DNA of 64,000 nucleotides from Vicugna vicugna (Eukaryota), in assembly GCA_013265495.1 (NCBI GenBank), contig MU058451.1, positions 248,001-312,000 of the forward strand, given 5' to 3'. The notes under the pieces were generated by a model. It made no database searches and was not told the origin of the DNA. It saw only the letters and a program-made list of their open reading frames with translations. Numbering within the stretch: position 1 is the stretch's first letter; each line of letters starts with the position of its first letter. Both the position numbers and the translations under genes were made by a program. Shown here piece after piece: positions 1 to 12,379 of the stretch.

Positions 1-2711
1 TACAAACCACTGCATTTGCAGCTTTGAAACAGCATTAATTTCCTCTTGAAGTAAGTTATTTAAATGCCAAGTTTTCCCTTTTATTATTGTGGGATAGTAC
101 CTTAAAGACATTTCCTCAAAACCTAAAAATTTCAGCTTTTCAAACATTCTTGCTTCCTTGTTTTTTCTGTGTCTGCCCCATATGTCCTCTTTTCTGAGCA
201 ACTTTCCTGGGCTACGTATGCCCGGGACACACTGCCAACTAACCTTTAAACCACCAAAGGGGGGAAAAAGGAGAAGGGGTCTGTAGTAATTGGTCAAGTT
301 GGGGACAGGCAGATCTGCTGACCACAGCCATGAGGCTGGGGATGCCCCTATGAATCACTGCTCATTAACCAGGAGAGAAAAGACAGACTCTCCAAAAGAA
401 AAGAAAAGGAAAGAGTGACTTTAGTGTTGGAACAGGGAGAGAAGGAGGGTGTGGAAGGTGGTGACAGGCAGGCGACACTGACTCCTGAGTGCCTCTCTCC
501 TGCCAGCCACGGGGCCAGAGGCAGATGCCACCCCAGAGCACACATGCGGCTTTATGCCCCGTTCCTCAGTGGATGAACCAAACAAATGACAGGAACCTCA
601 TTAGTGAGGTGCTCTAGCTGAGCCCCCTCCAACTGACATTCTTAGTGCCCCGTGGAGGCTCAGCTGGCAGCAAGTGCGTGTTTCTCCGAGAAGGAAGGTG
701 GGGTGGGGTGGCGGGAGGAGGGGGGCTGCAAAGTCCATTTTTTCCCACCAAAGTGACACAGATAAAAACCAGAGGCAGATACACAGATAGATCTATGGCT
801 TCCAGTGTGCATGAACACACAGAAAAAGCACCTAAAATAAACCGTATAGATACCTAGATGAGTTTTAATGCATTCTTGTAGATCCAAGTTAAATATTAAT
901 TTCCATTGAAAAGGAAGGAGATGGAGAATACTGAAGGGCAGCATCGAAGGTTTAGAAAGTTAACTTTGTGAGCTAGGCCTAACATGTCTGCGTGTTTTCA
1001 ACATTCACGTGAAATTAAAATCACTGAGCATTTCACTCTGAATTCTGAAACGTTCAGTGTAAATCACAGACTGAAAATGACACAAGTAAACTCCCTGCAT
1101 CGTATCTGATGGTAATTACAGTCACTGAGAACAAGCCAGTGTCTCTGATGCTGGGGGGCAGGGGTGAGGGTGGAGGTGGGATGGGGGGGTGGCGAAAGGA
1201 CAGACTGGAAAAGGAGTTTCAGTGTGTCCATTCTTGTTATCTGGACCCGAACAATGGTCCTGCTTTCACGGCACATCCTCCCCTTACATCCTCTGATATC
1301 AGCTCGTACAAACCAGACAGCAGAGGAAAAATTTACAGCCACAAGAACTGATGTCTTATTTTCTTAAAGTAACAACAATCCGGGAGGGGGGCGGCTGGTG
1401 TGAACAATGCCAGTTAAATCCTTAGCATAATAAAAGAAAGCAAAATAAAGTGTTAAACCTCAACACAACTAAAAAAAAAATGCACTCTTGCATGAAATTC
1501 ATCCATACAACTTACAAGGTAACAAAGCTATTGCTCACAATACAGCCTCATACCATTAACACTAATCATCCAGGATTCATGTAAACAATAATGTGCATTT
1601 TATCTTTTATCAGTACTGGCCACCTTCCAAACAAAGCCTGTAAAACTGCCAAATTTATTATATGCTGAACAAATTCAGTTAAAGAATAAATAAGGATAAT
1701 ACTATTGCTGAAATCCAAACATACTAACTGATCAAACATTAGATCCCTATGGCTAGTTCCAAGAAATACCTTTTAAAAGTGAGGCCTGCTCTGAAGTTCC
1801 TTATTTTGAGATGAAATTTACAATGAAATGACATACAAAGCTGTTGAAACAACTTTAATTATCAACGCCTGCGTGAGGAGGAGCTGCCTGATAAATTACC
1901 TAGGTCTTGATACGAGACCAGAGTGGCCCGAGAGCTTCCAAGGCCTTCCAGGTTCTTCCTGCACTCCCCTCACAGATACGCAGATACGTGAACGGTTGTA
2001 ATGTGGGGTCTGATTCTTCACAAACGTTGTAATACTATGAAATACTCAAGTAATACTAAATGTGTACACACGTTTTCACTTAAACGCTTTTCTATTTAGT
2101 CTATTAGATTAATTAGGAAAGGACAATCCCGTAGAGCTCCCCATGGCTCAGAAGTCCACGCCAAAAGTTAGATGTATGCACTATTTCTTTATCACAAGTA
2201 AAAACATTTGCTCATTCAAAACTGGAAACAATTTCTCCCTCAGAGTATACTGTGTTCCAGGAGGGTCCTTTTATTTAACAACAGCAAAGTTTCTGGGCCA
2301 GATTCTGGTAAGTCTAAAACACCCCCACAGTATCTAATGTTAAAAAAATACAAAATATGCTTTTATGATGTAGATGCCTAAGAAAGATGGAAAATAAGGA
2401 GTGAGCAAATCCTTGCACGTCAGTAAGATGCTGCAGCAGAAAAGACGTGGAACTCACAGGAGGGCAATTACTGCTTTTTTTTAAAAAATTTTTTTACTGG
2501 ATGGATGGATTGATTGAAATACCACTTTCCAAACAATGTCAACTAAACCCAAATTACCCAAAGCAAACGATATTTTGGCAAGACACCAACTTTTGGCAAG
2601 AGTTAAATAAATATTTTGTGCAGTAAATACACAGATTATATGCACAGATATGTTTTTGTTTCATACAAACCACACGTGCAAATAAAACTAAGGAGAACTA
2701 CGCAGACTTAC

Positions 2712-2780
2712 TGAATGCGGGGATGAGTGCACATGGAAAATTCCAATCTTCTCTTCCCACTGGCAAAACAGGCAATGCAT
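2712..2780 (-). other. Candidate exon (alternative first exon MHCLFCQWEEKIGIFHVHSSPHS, or 48-nt internal exon 2759-2712)
   Basis: Donor TCA|GTAAGT at 2712/2711. ATG at 2780 gives 23 open codons ending in phase 0. An internal acceptor cctgttttgccag| gives a 48-nt exon in the same frame. Confidence 0.25.
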
Positions 2781-3312
2781 TTAACACAGTGATAGAAGAT
2801 GCTAGTCCATATTTCAAAAACACATTTTAGTTATTGGTAAAATGGTATTTTTCCCAAAGTGTTATTACTCTTCACCAAGATCATAGGAACACTTTTAACT
2901 CCAACTTTATATAACATTACTTGGCTTCTTGCTTTTCATACAACATTTTCATTTACCCCACATATTAGAATGTTTATGTTACAGAGTGAGACTCAAAAAA
3001 AAAAAACTGTACACTAAATCATCAGAGAAAATAGTTAAGTTGCAAAGTTTTAGGAAACTCACTTCATATAAATCCACAATAAAGGGCTTCTTACGGGAAA
3101 CAAATTCTCAGTTTAACTCCACTACTTTTGAGCAAATTACTGTATATTTGACTTTCCTATTAATTGCAATGAGCCAAACACAACCTACAATTATCAGGAT
3201 ATGATTTTTTAATAATAAAACACTAACAGTTTACAGCTGGACACAGGATTCACGAAAATAATGCAGTCTGCAGCTACAGCTGTTCCCCAAGTCAAATGGC
3301 TTCGGCACCTAC

Positions 3313-3838
3313 CTTCTCTGACGCTGGTTCTTACTCCACGGAACAGTAAGAACCATGTATAAACAAATGTTTAAGCTAAAAATTCCTTCCTTTTCAATAT
3401 GCTCCGCTCTTAGATTTACTTTTGTATAATGGCCCTAAAGTGGTATATTAGGCAGTAACTAGAAGACATATTCCATTTTCTGACTGAAAGCCAATAATAC
3501 TCATGAATTTTTTAGCTGAAAGACACTTCAAGATGCCACTGGGAAGACTGTAATACACACATTAGGCTGCAAACGGGCGGCAGCAGCTCCTTAACACATG
3601 CTGCAATAATCAGATAAATGGCCAAATTCATGTTCACTGGGTACACAAATATTTTGCTGTAACAGTTCCATCATCTCCATCTCTCTTCAAAAAGGAAAAA
3701 TCCTCTCTGAAAGTCTTATCTTAGCAAAATTCACTGCAGAATATGTAAGTAGCAGAGAGCTGCTCTAAACTATCATTACCAACAGGGGGGAAGACGTCTA
3801 GTCTGACATCAGCGGGAGAAGATGGTTTCCACTTTCTG
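3313..3838 (-). other. Candidate alternative first exon; may end in short ORF MVLTVPWSKNQRQR (3356-3313)
   Basis: Donor AAG|GTAGGT at 3313/3312, downstream of a CRE/TATA-like promoter; no recognisable repeats; TSS inferred about 25-30 nt from the TATA-like box. Confidence 0.4.
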
Positions 3839-3912
3839 AATGCTCACAGGCTCGGCTCCTTAATATAGCCCGTCACTGGGCCGCCTCCATCCCCGACGAC
3901 GTCAGCCGGGGC
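3836..3912 (-). promoter_or_regulatory. Candidate core promoter: CRE-like TGACGTCG, GC-box, half-CRE TGACG, TATA-like TATATTAAG
   Basis: Minus-strand order: TGACGTCG 3904-3897, GGAGGCGG about 3888-3881, TGACG 3875-3871, TATATTAAG 3867-3859; local CpG retention in otherwise CpG-poor DNA. Confidence 0.55.
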
Positions 3913-4639
3913 TAATACAGCCAGGAATAGCAAGACTAGGTTCTAATAAGGCCTCAGATGAGAAAACACCAGGAACGAAGCTGCGTTCCTTGCAGAGAGT
4001 AAGCACCTCCCTCCCCTGCAAACTGGGTGTACTTAGTCCCTAGTTAATATTCACAAAACCAGTTTTCACTGAAGGCTTATTAGTATTCTGGAAAGAAGTC
4101 ATCAAACCAAGAACTACAACGTAGGCTTGTGTTTGAGTTTCGTAACTTGTCCAAGGTTAAAACTCAATTATCATGTCTTTATTCTGAAACCCATTTTAAA
4201 CTTTTCTGAGACTAAAAAAAAAAAAAACTTCCTAATTTATGAAAACTTACTGAAATGGCAAGGGCAAGACAGTCTGTACCTCCATAAGAAATGTTTTTAT
4301 TATTCCGGTTTTAAGAAGTTTTTGAATAAATAAATGAGATCCTCTCCCAGAGTATAATGTGTATTTTGCTTTTCTTTTCTCTTTCTTTTCTTTCTTTATT
4401 TCTGGCTAGTACTTAAAACTGAGTACTTAAAGTTGAGCACTATGCATATATTTTCTTGCTTAAAATCCCACATTTTACTGTTTTTTATACATGTGCACAC
4501 ATTCTCTCTCTCTCAAAGCCTCACCATTTACAGATTATCTAACCTCTCTGACCTGTTTCCGTAAGTAATTCGTCCAACTCGCACAGATAATACACGACCC
4601 AGGTGTAATTGTAATCACCATCTCTCAGCAGGTTTCTCT

Positions 4640-4775
4640 ATGGACTTTACACATAGGAGCACCTTTAGTTCCCATAACAATCTATGATCATCACCATTTC
4701 ACAGATGAGAGAACTGGCGCACAGAAGGGAGACAGGAACCTGACCACGGCCACACAGGTAGGAAGCTGCAGAGTT
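4640..4775 (-). mobile_element. MIR SINE fragment
   Basis: Core ccatttcacagatgagagaactggcgcacaga resembles the reverse complement of the MIR core. Confidence 0.7.
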
Positions 4776-5899
4776 CAGTGAGTGCAAACAGCTCCTCAAT
4801 TCGCAACAACTACCACGTGAGCTTGAGGCTACTCCCTTGTAATACCTTCACTGAACAGAGAAACGTAAACCTATGTGTATTACAGAAAGCAGCATATTCT
4901 AATTTAATAAACACTGAATATGTAACTTGAAAGTACTCTTCTTCTTGCTAAAAATATAGCAGCATCATTGTAAAATGCAGAACACTTGTGTCTGTAAGGA
5001 CTGTATATACAGGTGAGTTGCTGTCCTGCTGAAGCTCACAGCCGAGTGCAGAAAGAAAACCTTGCCTGAGCTGAAGTATTATTGTTATTACTAAATTTAT
5101 TATGAAGTTATTGAAATAATAAAACCAGCTAGGAATTTTCTCTGGCATACCAAGAACGCTGTGTTTCATTCAAAATAGTTAAAAAGCCTTCTTTTCCTAT
5201 AGAATTAGAAGTGGTAATGGGTTAATTTAAAAAGGCAGTTTATCAAGAGCAATTATAGAAAATGATACCTACTAGTTAAATCATTTTAACTTTAAACATT
5301 ACACATTTGTGTATCAGTCTCCACTGGGGTTTCATATTGTCTTTCTTGCATAAATCAGACCTATCATTAAGGCATTGTCTACTATTTCTAATTTTTGTTT
5401 ATTTGAAACAGAGCTGTAACTCATAGACACTTAGAGTTCTCCTAAGTGCCTATGAAGTATGGAGGTTTTCATTACTTTTTCCCAGTCTGTGTGGCTTATA
5501 CCTATTTGGTAGCAATTTTGATCCATTTGACATGAGTTCTTCAAAGCATTCATCTTAGTTTTTATAGAAACACGTGTCTTTTCAAACTCACAATTAACCA
5601 GTTATGTAACATTCAATTAAATTATGTGATCACAATAACCAGTACAACTAGCATAAACGAGTTTGGACAAGAAGCTGGCTCTTGTAGGCACACAACATCC
5701 CTGCTGTGCAGAGATGGATGCTCCGCAGCTGCCCACCAGCCTGGGGCACTCGGAGCACCGCATTCCTGTGACTTACAGACAGAAATGCAGACCTTGTGGT
5801 TGTGCCAGCCTATCAGTCCCAGTGCAAACTGATTATTGACATTTGTCGAGTAGACCCGTGGGGAATACAGTAAATAGTACAGACATAAAAAAGACCCCG

Positions 5900-6078
5900 G
5901 CAGGTTCCTTAAAAAACGAAAAATATAGTTACCGTATGATCCAGTGATCCCACGCCTCAGCATATATCCAGAAAAAACTTATAATTCAAAAAGATACACA
6001 CACCCCAATGTTCACAGCAGCACTTACAATAAATAGCCAAGACATGGAAGCAACCTAAGTGTCCATCAACAGACGACA
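5900..6078 (+). mobile_element. L1 ORF2 3' fragment
   Basis: ttaccgtatgatccagtgatcccac...ccaatgttcacagcagcac...caagacatggaagcaacctaagtgtccatcaacaga; homologous to the L1 at 13459-14140. Confidence 0.9.
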
Positions 6079-6420
6079 GAAGTGGAAAGTAAACAAGGAG
6101 GAAAAACTTGGTTTGGTGGGACGACCACTAACTCACTGTTCACCATACAAATTCCTACACTTTCTTTCGGTCAGGCTGTTACAATAACTCCAAACAGTAT
6201 TTGCTGTGAGGCAGTGGTTGCATTCAAAAATAGAAAAAGGCAGTTCTTGGCCAACAAAACCAACCATCCCCCACAGTCCAATTTGGTCTTATAAAAATAA
6301 GCCAAATCAGGTATTTTTATTTGCAAATAATACACATCTACAGGATGATTTACTGAGAATTACTAGAATTTAGAAAGTTATTTACAAGAATTGATTATTT
6401 GAAGAGAATTTAAGAATTAC

Positions 6421-6428
6421 CTTGGTAT
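6421..6428 (-). other. Candidate 8-nt microexon ATACCAAG
   Basis: gtgttttgccttacattttcag|ATACCAAG|gtaatt: pyrimidine tract, CAG acceptor, AAG|GTAATT donor, TGC close to the acceptor. Confidence 0.5.
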
Positions 6429-6528
6429 CTGAAAATGTAAGGCAAAACACTTAACCATTTTTTTCCACCATTTTTTTCCCTCTCTCAAACACTGGATTTT
6501 GGTAATCATCAAAACTATGATAGTTTAC

Positions 6529-6704
6529 CTTGAGAGCTTTGTACTGCAGCTTAAGTTTCAAGCTTGGGACATACAAACAGCTTCCAGTAGAAGTAGTCAT
6601 ATTGCTCGTACTGCAACTATTCAATGGAGCCCAGAGCTCTGACCTCCGGATCAGGGGCCGGGGAGCCTCCTCAATGTGACAGACTTTGCAAGAGCAGAGT
6701 CATC
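6529..6704 (-). other. Candidate exon 100 nt upstream of the 8-nt microexon; ORF MTTSTGSCLYVPSLKLKLQYKALK (6600-6529)
   Basis: Donor AAG|GTAAAC at 6529/6528; GC-richer unique sequence; possible acceptor ctctttag| near 6705; 5' end uncertain. Confidence 0.35.
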
Positions 6705-8512
6705 CTAAAGAGCTGTCAGTGGACAGCTTTCTCCTCCTTCTAGCTCCAGTTGGAGACTTAAGAATGTTCTGGGAAGTAAAAATATACCTGGACTTCAGAA
6801 TAGAGCTGCTACTTACCCTCTGGGTAGTTAATACAAATTTAAATCCAAATGAGCACAAAGTGCATTACAAATAATAATTTAATGGACTAATTAAGGGTGG
6901 TCTAAAACAGGCACTGAAAAGATTAAAACAAACTCTTTTAGGAAGTTTTACAATATGTCATTCTCTACCTTTTTTTCAATTGGTCCTAAAATGTGTTTGC
7001 ACTTGAGAGAGTGAAGAATAAGTGTTTTATAAAACCGACACCTATGGATAAAGCTCTGTAAGACTACTGCACCTTATTTAACTGTTAACTGGCAATAAGC
7101 ATGGAGTGAAACTTTAAAGAAATTAAGATAATTGCTTGACACCTCAGAGACAGATAACTATATTATATTCCTTTTGCCTGGTATTAGGGGAAAAAAAAGA
7201 ATTCATTAAGCTGAAACTCAAACCCTGGTTCTAGTTAGGCTAGAGGATACGGAGAAAACCACGCCCTTAGAGATGTTACAACACATTGTGTGTGTATGTT
7301 CACAACACGGGCATATGATTTCACATGATTTCTTTAGTTTGGTGTTTGGCTTTAAGCCAATGTTTTGAAACCTAGAGTAATGACTATTACTTAGGGCAGA
7401 AACACATTTGGGCCCTGGACAATTAAATTTTATATGAGGTTAAGTTTCTAATTAATACAGGTCTCTTTTTGGTATTAAAAATATAACCTAAATTATACGG
7501 TTTTAATTTAAAAATCTAGCTGCATTTCTTTCCATCTGATGTTCAACTGCACTGGTAATTATTGAGCAGCTGAGGGCAAATTACTGCACTCTCTGGACTG
7601 CACTGTAATGCAATCACTTAGTATGAATCAGAACTTAATCGCAAGACATCAAAGACTTAGGAAGAAGCAACAAGTATGGGATAAACTAAAACGGAACATA
7701 GCACACACGAAAAATACCAAGTGCTAGCGAGGAGAAATCACTTCCTGTTGGCAGGGAGCAGCAGCAAAGGTCTCATGAACGCCCAAGTTGGGTTCTGAAG
7801 AAGGTAAAGCCTTTCAAAGGGAAGCTGGGGTGGTGGTGAAGGTGTCTGAGACCCCAGGGAGCCAAAATGTTGCAGTTAATAAAGAGCAAGGGTGGTGAGA
7901 GATGCCGGGAGACTGCGTGGCCAGGTGACCGGACGGTGGGGGTTCTGGGGCTTCTGTCCTCACCTGACCTCTTCTCCTGCCCCGTTGCTGTCAGGCCCTG
8001 GTTATGGTGCTGGCTGCATCCTACCTCGGCCAGGGCAGCCCGAGAACTGCAGCTGGGAAGGCACACTCGGGACGCCCCGCCGGACTGCGGGAGGCACATG
8101 GAGGCGGGCGGTGCTCTGGGCCCCAGCCCTGCTGAGCACCACCATCCACTGCCATCTCCTCCCCAGACAGGTTTTCCTGCCCCATCAGTGACCTGAAATC
8201 TGACTAATTCATAGTAATAAGCTAGAAAGAAGTAAAGGGAGAGATAAAGCAGGGTACGTTTTATTCATGGAATTCATTTCTTCACCACACATTTAGTAAG
8301 GACCTACTTTGTAGAGTCAGAAATAGGAAACCTTAAATGGCAGAAGGAGTCGTAGTTGATTTAATACACCGTAGGCACAGTGACAAGTTTTGCGCATGGG
8401 GGCTAAAACCACAGCTGGAATGATGTGCTGGAAAGATCAGCATGGCAGTGGTATAAATGACATGTTTGGAAGTGGATGGAGGGGGCTGAAGACTAGCTAA
8501 TAGAATATTGTA

Positions 8513-8805
8513 AAAGGCCATATATTGCATGATTGCATGACTGCATTTATAGGAGATTTCCAGAACAAGCAAATCCACAGAAACAGAAAGCAGATTAGTG
8601 GCTGCCAAGGGCTAAGGGGAAAGGGAAAAGGGGAGTGATTGCTAATGAGTACAGGGCTTCTCTGTGGGTTGATGAAAATGTTCTGAAACAAGAAGGCAGT
8701 GATAGCTGCACAACTTGTGAACAGACTAAAAACCAACGAATTATATACTTTCAAAGGGTGAACTTTACGTTACGTGGATTATCTTAATAAAGCAGCTATT
8801 AAAAA
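8513..8805 (+). mobile_element. Old L1 (L1MB-like) 3' end
   Basis: aaatccacagaaacagaaagcagattagtggctgcc...gatgaaaatgttctg...aataaagcagctattaaaaa. Confidence 0.9.
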
Positions 8806-9029
8806 CAAAAAACCAGGAAACAGAAACAACAGCAAGCCCCACAAGTTCTTAGGCCTGATACTGGGAACCGGGCAGAACTGCGGAACAGACAAAGGGATGG
8901 TTTCCAAGTATTTAGAAAACACGCTGGTGACTACCATGAGCAAGAGTGACTTCTCTAACAGCGATTCATCCCAAATGATCTTCCTCATTCTTTCTGCTAA
9001 AGAGATTAGAGGAAGAATTTTTTTTAAAG

Positions 9030-9725
9030 TATTGTTATTTTATTACTTTTCTTAAAGTAACACACGCTCATAGTAGAAAATTTAGAAAATATATAATGCT
9101 AAAGAACAAATTGCATATATTCCTCCCACACACAGAATTACCATTAACTTAAAAAATTCTGCTCAGCATTTTAAAGTTTATTTTATGTATATTTATAATT
9201 AAGCACAAACTGCATGCACAATTTTATAGATGCTTCTTTTTTTACTGCTACGATTTCCCCCACCCCTGGAATTGAAATGTCTTTATAAACATGATTTTTA
9301 ATGGCTCTATGCTATTCCATCATATGAAGATACAATATATTTTAACCACTTTATATAATCATTTAGTTTGCTTCCATAACACCATGATGAATATGTTTTC
9401 TGTCCACATTTCTGATTAACAATAATCAATAGTTTCAATACAATAGTCTCAGAAATGTAATTACCAGAGCAAAGGGTGTGACCACATTTGGGGCTATTCA
9501 TATAAACTGTCAAATTATTCTCCAAAAAGGCTATATTAATTCACAATCACATCGGCAGGGTATGTGAGGGTCCACCTTCACATGTAGATCCCAGAAATCA
9601 TAACAGTCATGGGTACTGTGGTTTTTTAAAATGCTTTTTGAAAATGTGAAGACTGTGGTGTGACATTATCTTATGATTTAAACCGATTACTAATAATTGA
9701 GTATCTTGAAAATGTTTATAAGACT
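9030..9725 (-). mobile_element. Ancient L1 (L1ME-like), degraded
   Basis: Antisense L1 motifs such as tattccatcatatg and aactgtcaaattattctccaaaaaggc...aattcacaatcacatcggcag. Confidence 0.7.
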
Positions 9726-9894
9726 TCATGTTTACCTGGACACAAAGACGAGGAGTCAGGGACCTGGCAGAGACGGGGCACATTCAGGTCGGCGAGGCAC
9801 CTGACATACCGCCGCCGAAGACAGGAAAGCAGGTTTGGCTGATAATGCCACCTGAGGAGCTTTTAAAAACACGGCTCCACCCAGACCAACGAAA

Positions 9895-9912
9895 CCAGCG
9901 CCCCCTGCAGAA
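9895..9912 (-). promoter_or_regulatory. CTCF-like motif in a small CpG-rich patch
   Basis: Minus strand TCTGCAGGGGGCGCTGG matches the CTCF core; CpGs are retained over about 9790-9970. Confidence 0.55.
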
Positions 9913-11711
9913 GGGCGCCGGGCGCTCAGCGGAAGCCTGCCCCGCGCGCAGTGGGAAGGAAGCGGCCCTCAGAACTGCTGGGCTGGAAGATGACGGAGAA
10001 TTAACGGGGTTGGGAGGGCATCCTTGGTGTTAATTAACAAGTTATTGTAAACAAAGAGAAGTTCTCCAGTCTAGTTTTTTTAATGACTTGAAAAAAAAAA
10101 AGGAGCACCTGTTAATCAGACAGATGACACAAAGCACACCTATCACGTGTGGTGACAAGAGTACTTCTCTGAAACCTCAGTGTCGGCGGCCAAGAAGAAA
10201 AGGTCCAGCCAGCATAACATTACTTACTCAGTATCTTTGTACTACTAAAACCGTATGAACACCGATAAAAACGCAATTTAAAAAAGAAAAGGAAAGTCCC
10301 TCACAACCGTCCTATTTCAGTATATTTGGTATTCGGGTCTGGGCGAAGATGAAACTTCTCTCACATTTGGCCACCATGCACTTTTCTTATTCTGTCTCGT
10401 GTTTCTCCCCAGGTACAATCTATAACAGTTCTACCCCCTCCTGCCTCTCTTCCCGTGCCCTCAGCCGTCCTTACTCCTCTACATCCTTAGCCCAGTCGCG
10501 GTACTCAGAGCCTTTCTGGCCCCCTGACCAGGCCTCCCCAGAGTCCACAGTCCGTCTCAGCAGAAGCTGCGTGTCCTCCCGTTACACACATACTGGGAAC
10601 AGGAGGAAGGGTCACACCCTCTGCCCTCCTCAGACCTACCAGGCCACTGCTCTATTACAGGGTGGCCTTGAATAAAAACCTCTGTTCCTTTGAAATCCAT
10701 GCCTTAAAACATCCTCTTATCGATGTTCCGGTCTGGGATTTACCAACATGCCACTTCATCCCTCACACTTGACTGAAAACGCTGGCACTTGATGAGGTCT
10801 TCCTCTCCCCGTGGTCCTCACCCTGGGTGACTTCACAGTCTGTGTGGTTGGTGAGCTCCTACCTGTCCTCACAGGTCCTCCTGTCTCAATTCCAACAAAG
10901 TTCACCTCCACTTCATTTCAGCCACTGCCTCCTACGATCATGGCCTGAACCTTGTGATCTCCCAGAATTGGTGCCCCCCCTGAACGCCAAGTTAGGCCCT
11001 CAGCTTCCCACCGTCTTCATCCCCGAAAACTGGTCGTGCGTGTGAGGACTCTGTCCTGTGCACTCTGCCCATCTCATCTCTTCCCCAGCTTGGACTCCCC
11101 ACCAGCACCCACCACCCTCGGTTCCCTTTCACATATCTCTGCTCACACAATTCCTTCTGCAAAATGAATCTCAAGATTTCTCCACTCCTGCAAGTGGGAG
11201 CTGAGCACTGATGGAGAAAATCATACAGCTAAGGGGCAGAGCGGCCCCTCAGAGCATTCCAAGGTTTCCCAACTTGCCTTAGACCCAGAGTCCTGCCTGC
11301 CAACCTTTTTATTTGTTCTCTAGTCAGCTCCTTCTGTTTACCAGCTACTATTTCCAGCTCTTACCACTTCAGCAAATGGCTCGTCAATTTGATACTTACT
11401 TAACTTCCCTTCCTCTTACTTACAAAGAAGTGCACCACTCTCTTCTGCAACAGTCCTGGTATTTGGATGTGTGACCCTCCTCTGGTAAACATTAACCATT
11501 CCAACCCCATTTCCTATTTCCTTCCCCATCTTCTCTGACACTTTGTTGCAAAGCCTCTCTTCACCAAATTTTCAATCTTTTTCTTTCTACTTAACCTGTA
11601 AGCTATACTCAGGTCATTTCCATCCTTAAAAAAAAGCCCCTTGAGTCCGAATCCTTCTCCAGGAACCATCCAGTCTCACAACGTTCCCGCACATCTAGAC
11701 CTGCGCAGACT

Positions 11712-12040
11712 ACAGATCTGTGCTCCCTTCCAAAGCACCTGGGGGCTACAGAATTTAGGATTCAGATAAATAGACACACTTTTAACTTTAGAAAGAGAAT
11801 ACGTGGCATATACCATTCTTCATAACATCCCCACAGGGCCTTGGGAGCGCATTCTGTAATCAAATTCAGTATTATTTCTGCAGTGAAATGTATGAATATT
11901 CACACTGAGTGGGACAAATGAAGATTATAGGTCATTCCAAATCCATGCAGGTCAGGTTTTACTGCCAAATGACTTAGAAAAACCTTTCCATTTTCAGAGT
12001 TTGTTGACTTTTGAGATGCAAATAAAGGGATACAGGCCTA
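11712..12040 (-). mobile_element. MER46C-like Tigger DNA transposon (non-autonomous)
   Basis: atttctgcagtgaaatgtatgaatattcacactgagtgggacaaat...caggtcaggttttactgccaaatga, with degenerate terminal inverted ends. Confidence 0.8.
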
Positions 12041-12044
12041 GAGT

Positions 12045-12370
12045 TTATCCCTGCTCCCTTCCACTTACTTCATGATCCAAAACAATTACATTTCTCCCCC
12101 ATCACTCCCTAGTCTTCCATGACACTCAAAGGCCAACCTACAGAGGTTCTGGCATCTCGTGTGTTATGTGGCTTAGCCTCTCTGCTGTGTTTCTCACTGT
12201 GGTCATGTCCCCCCCGTGATTCTCTGTTCTGAGGTTTTTCATGACATCCCACTCTCCAGGTCCTCTTCTGAAACTGAGTGACTTTTCCTTTTCCATCTTT
12301 TTTATGGGATCTTTCTCTTTGGAGTTAGCCAGGCCTGCCTCAGTCCAATCCTCTCCTCCCTCAGTCATCT
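12045..12370 (+). mobile_element. L2 LINE fragment
   Basis: Pyrimidine-rich cctctctgctgtgtttctcactgtggtcat...ttcatgacatcccactctcc, resembling the L2 RT region. Confidence 0.7.
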
Positions 12371-12379
12371 TCTTTTCTA

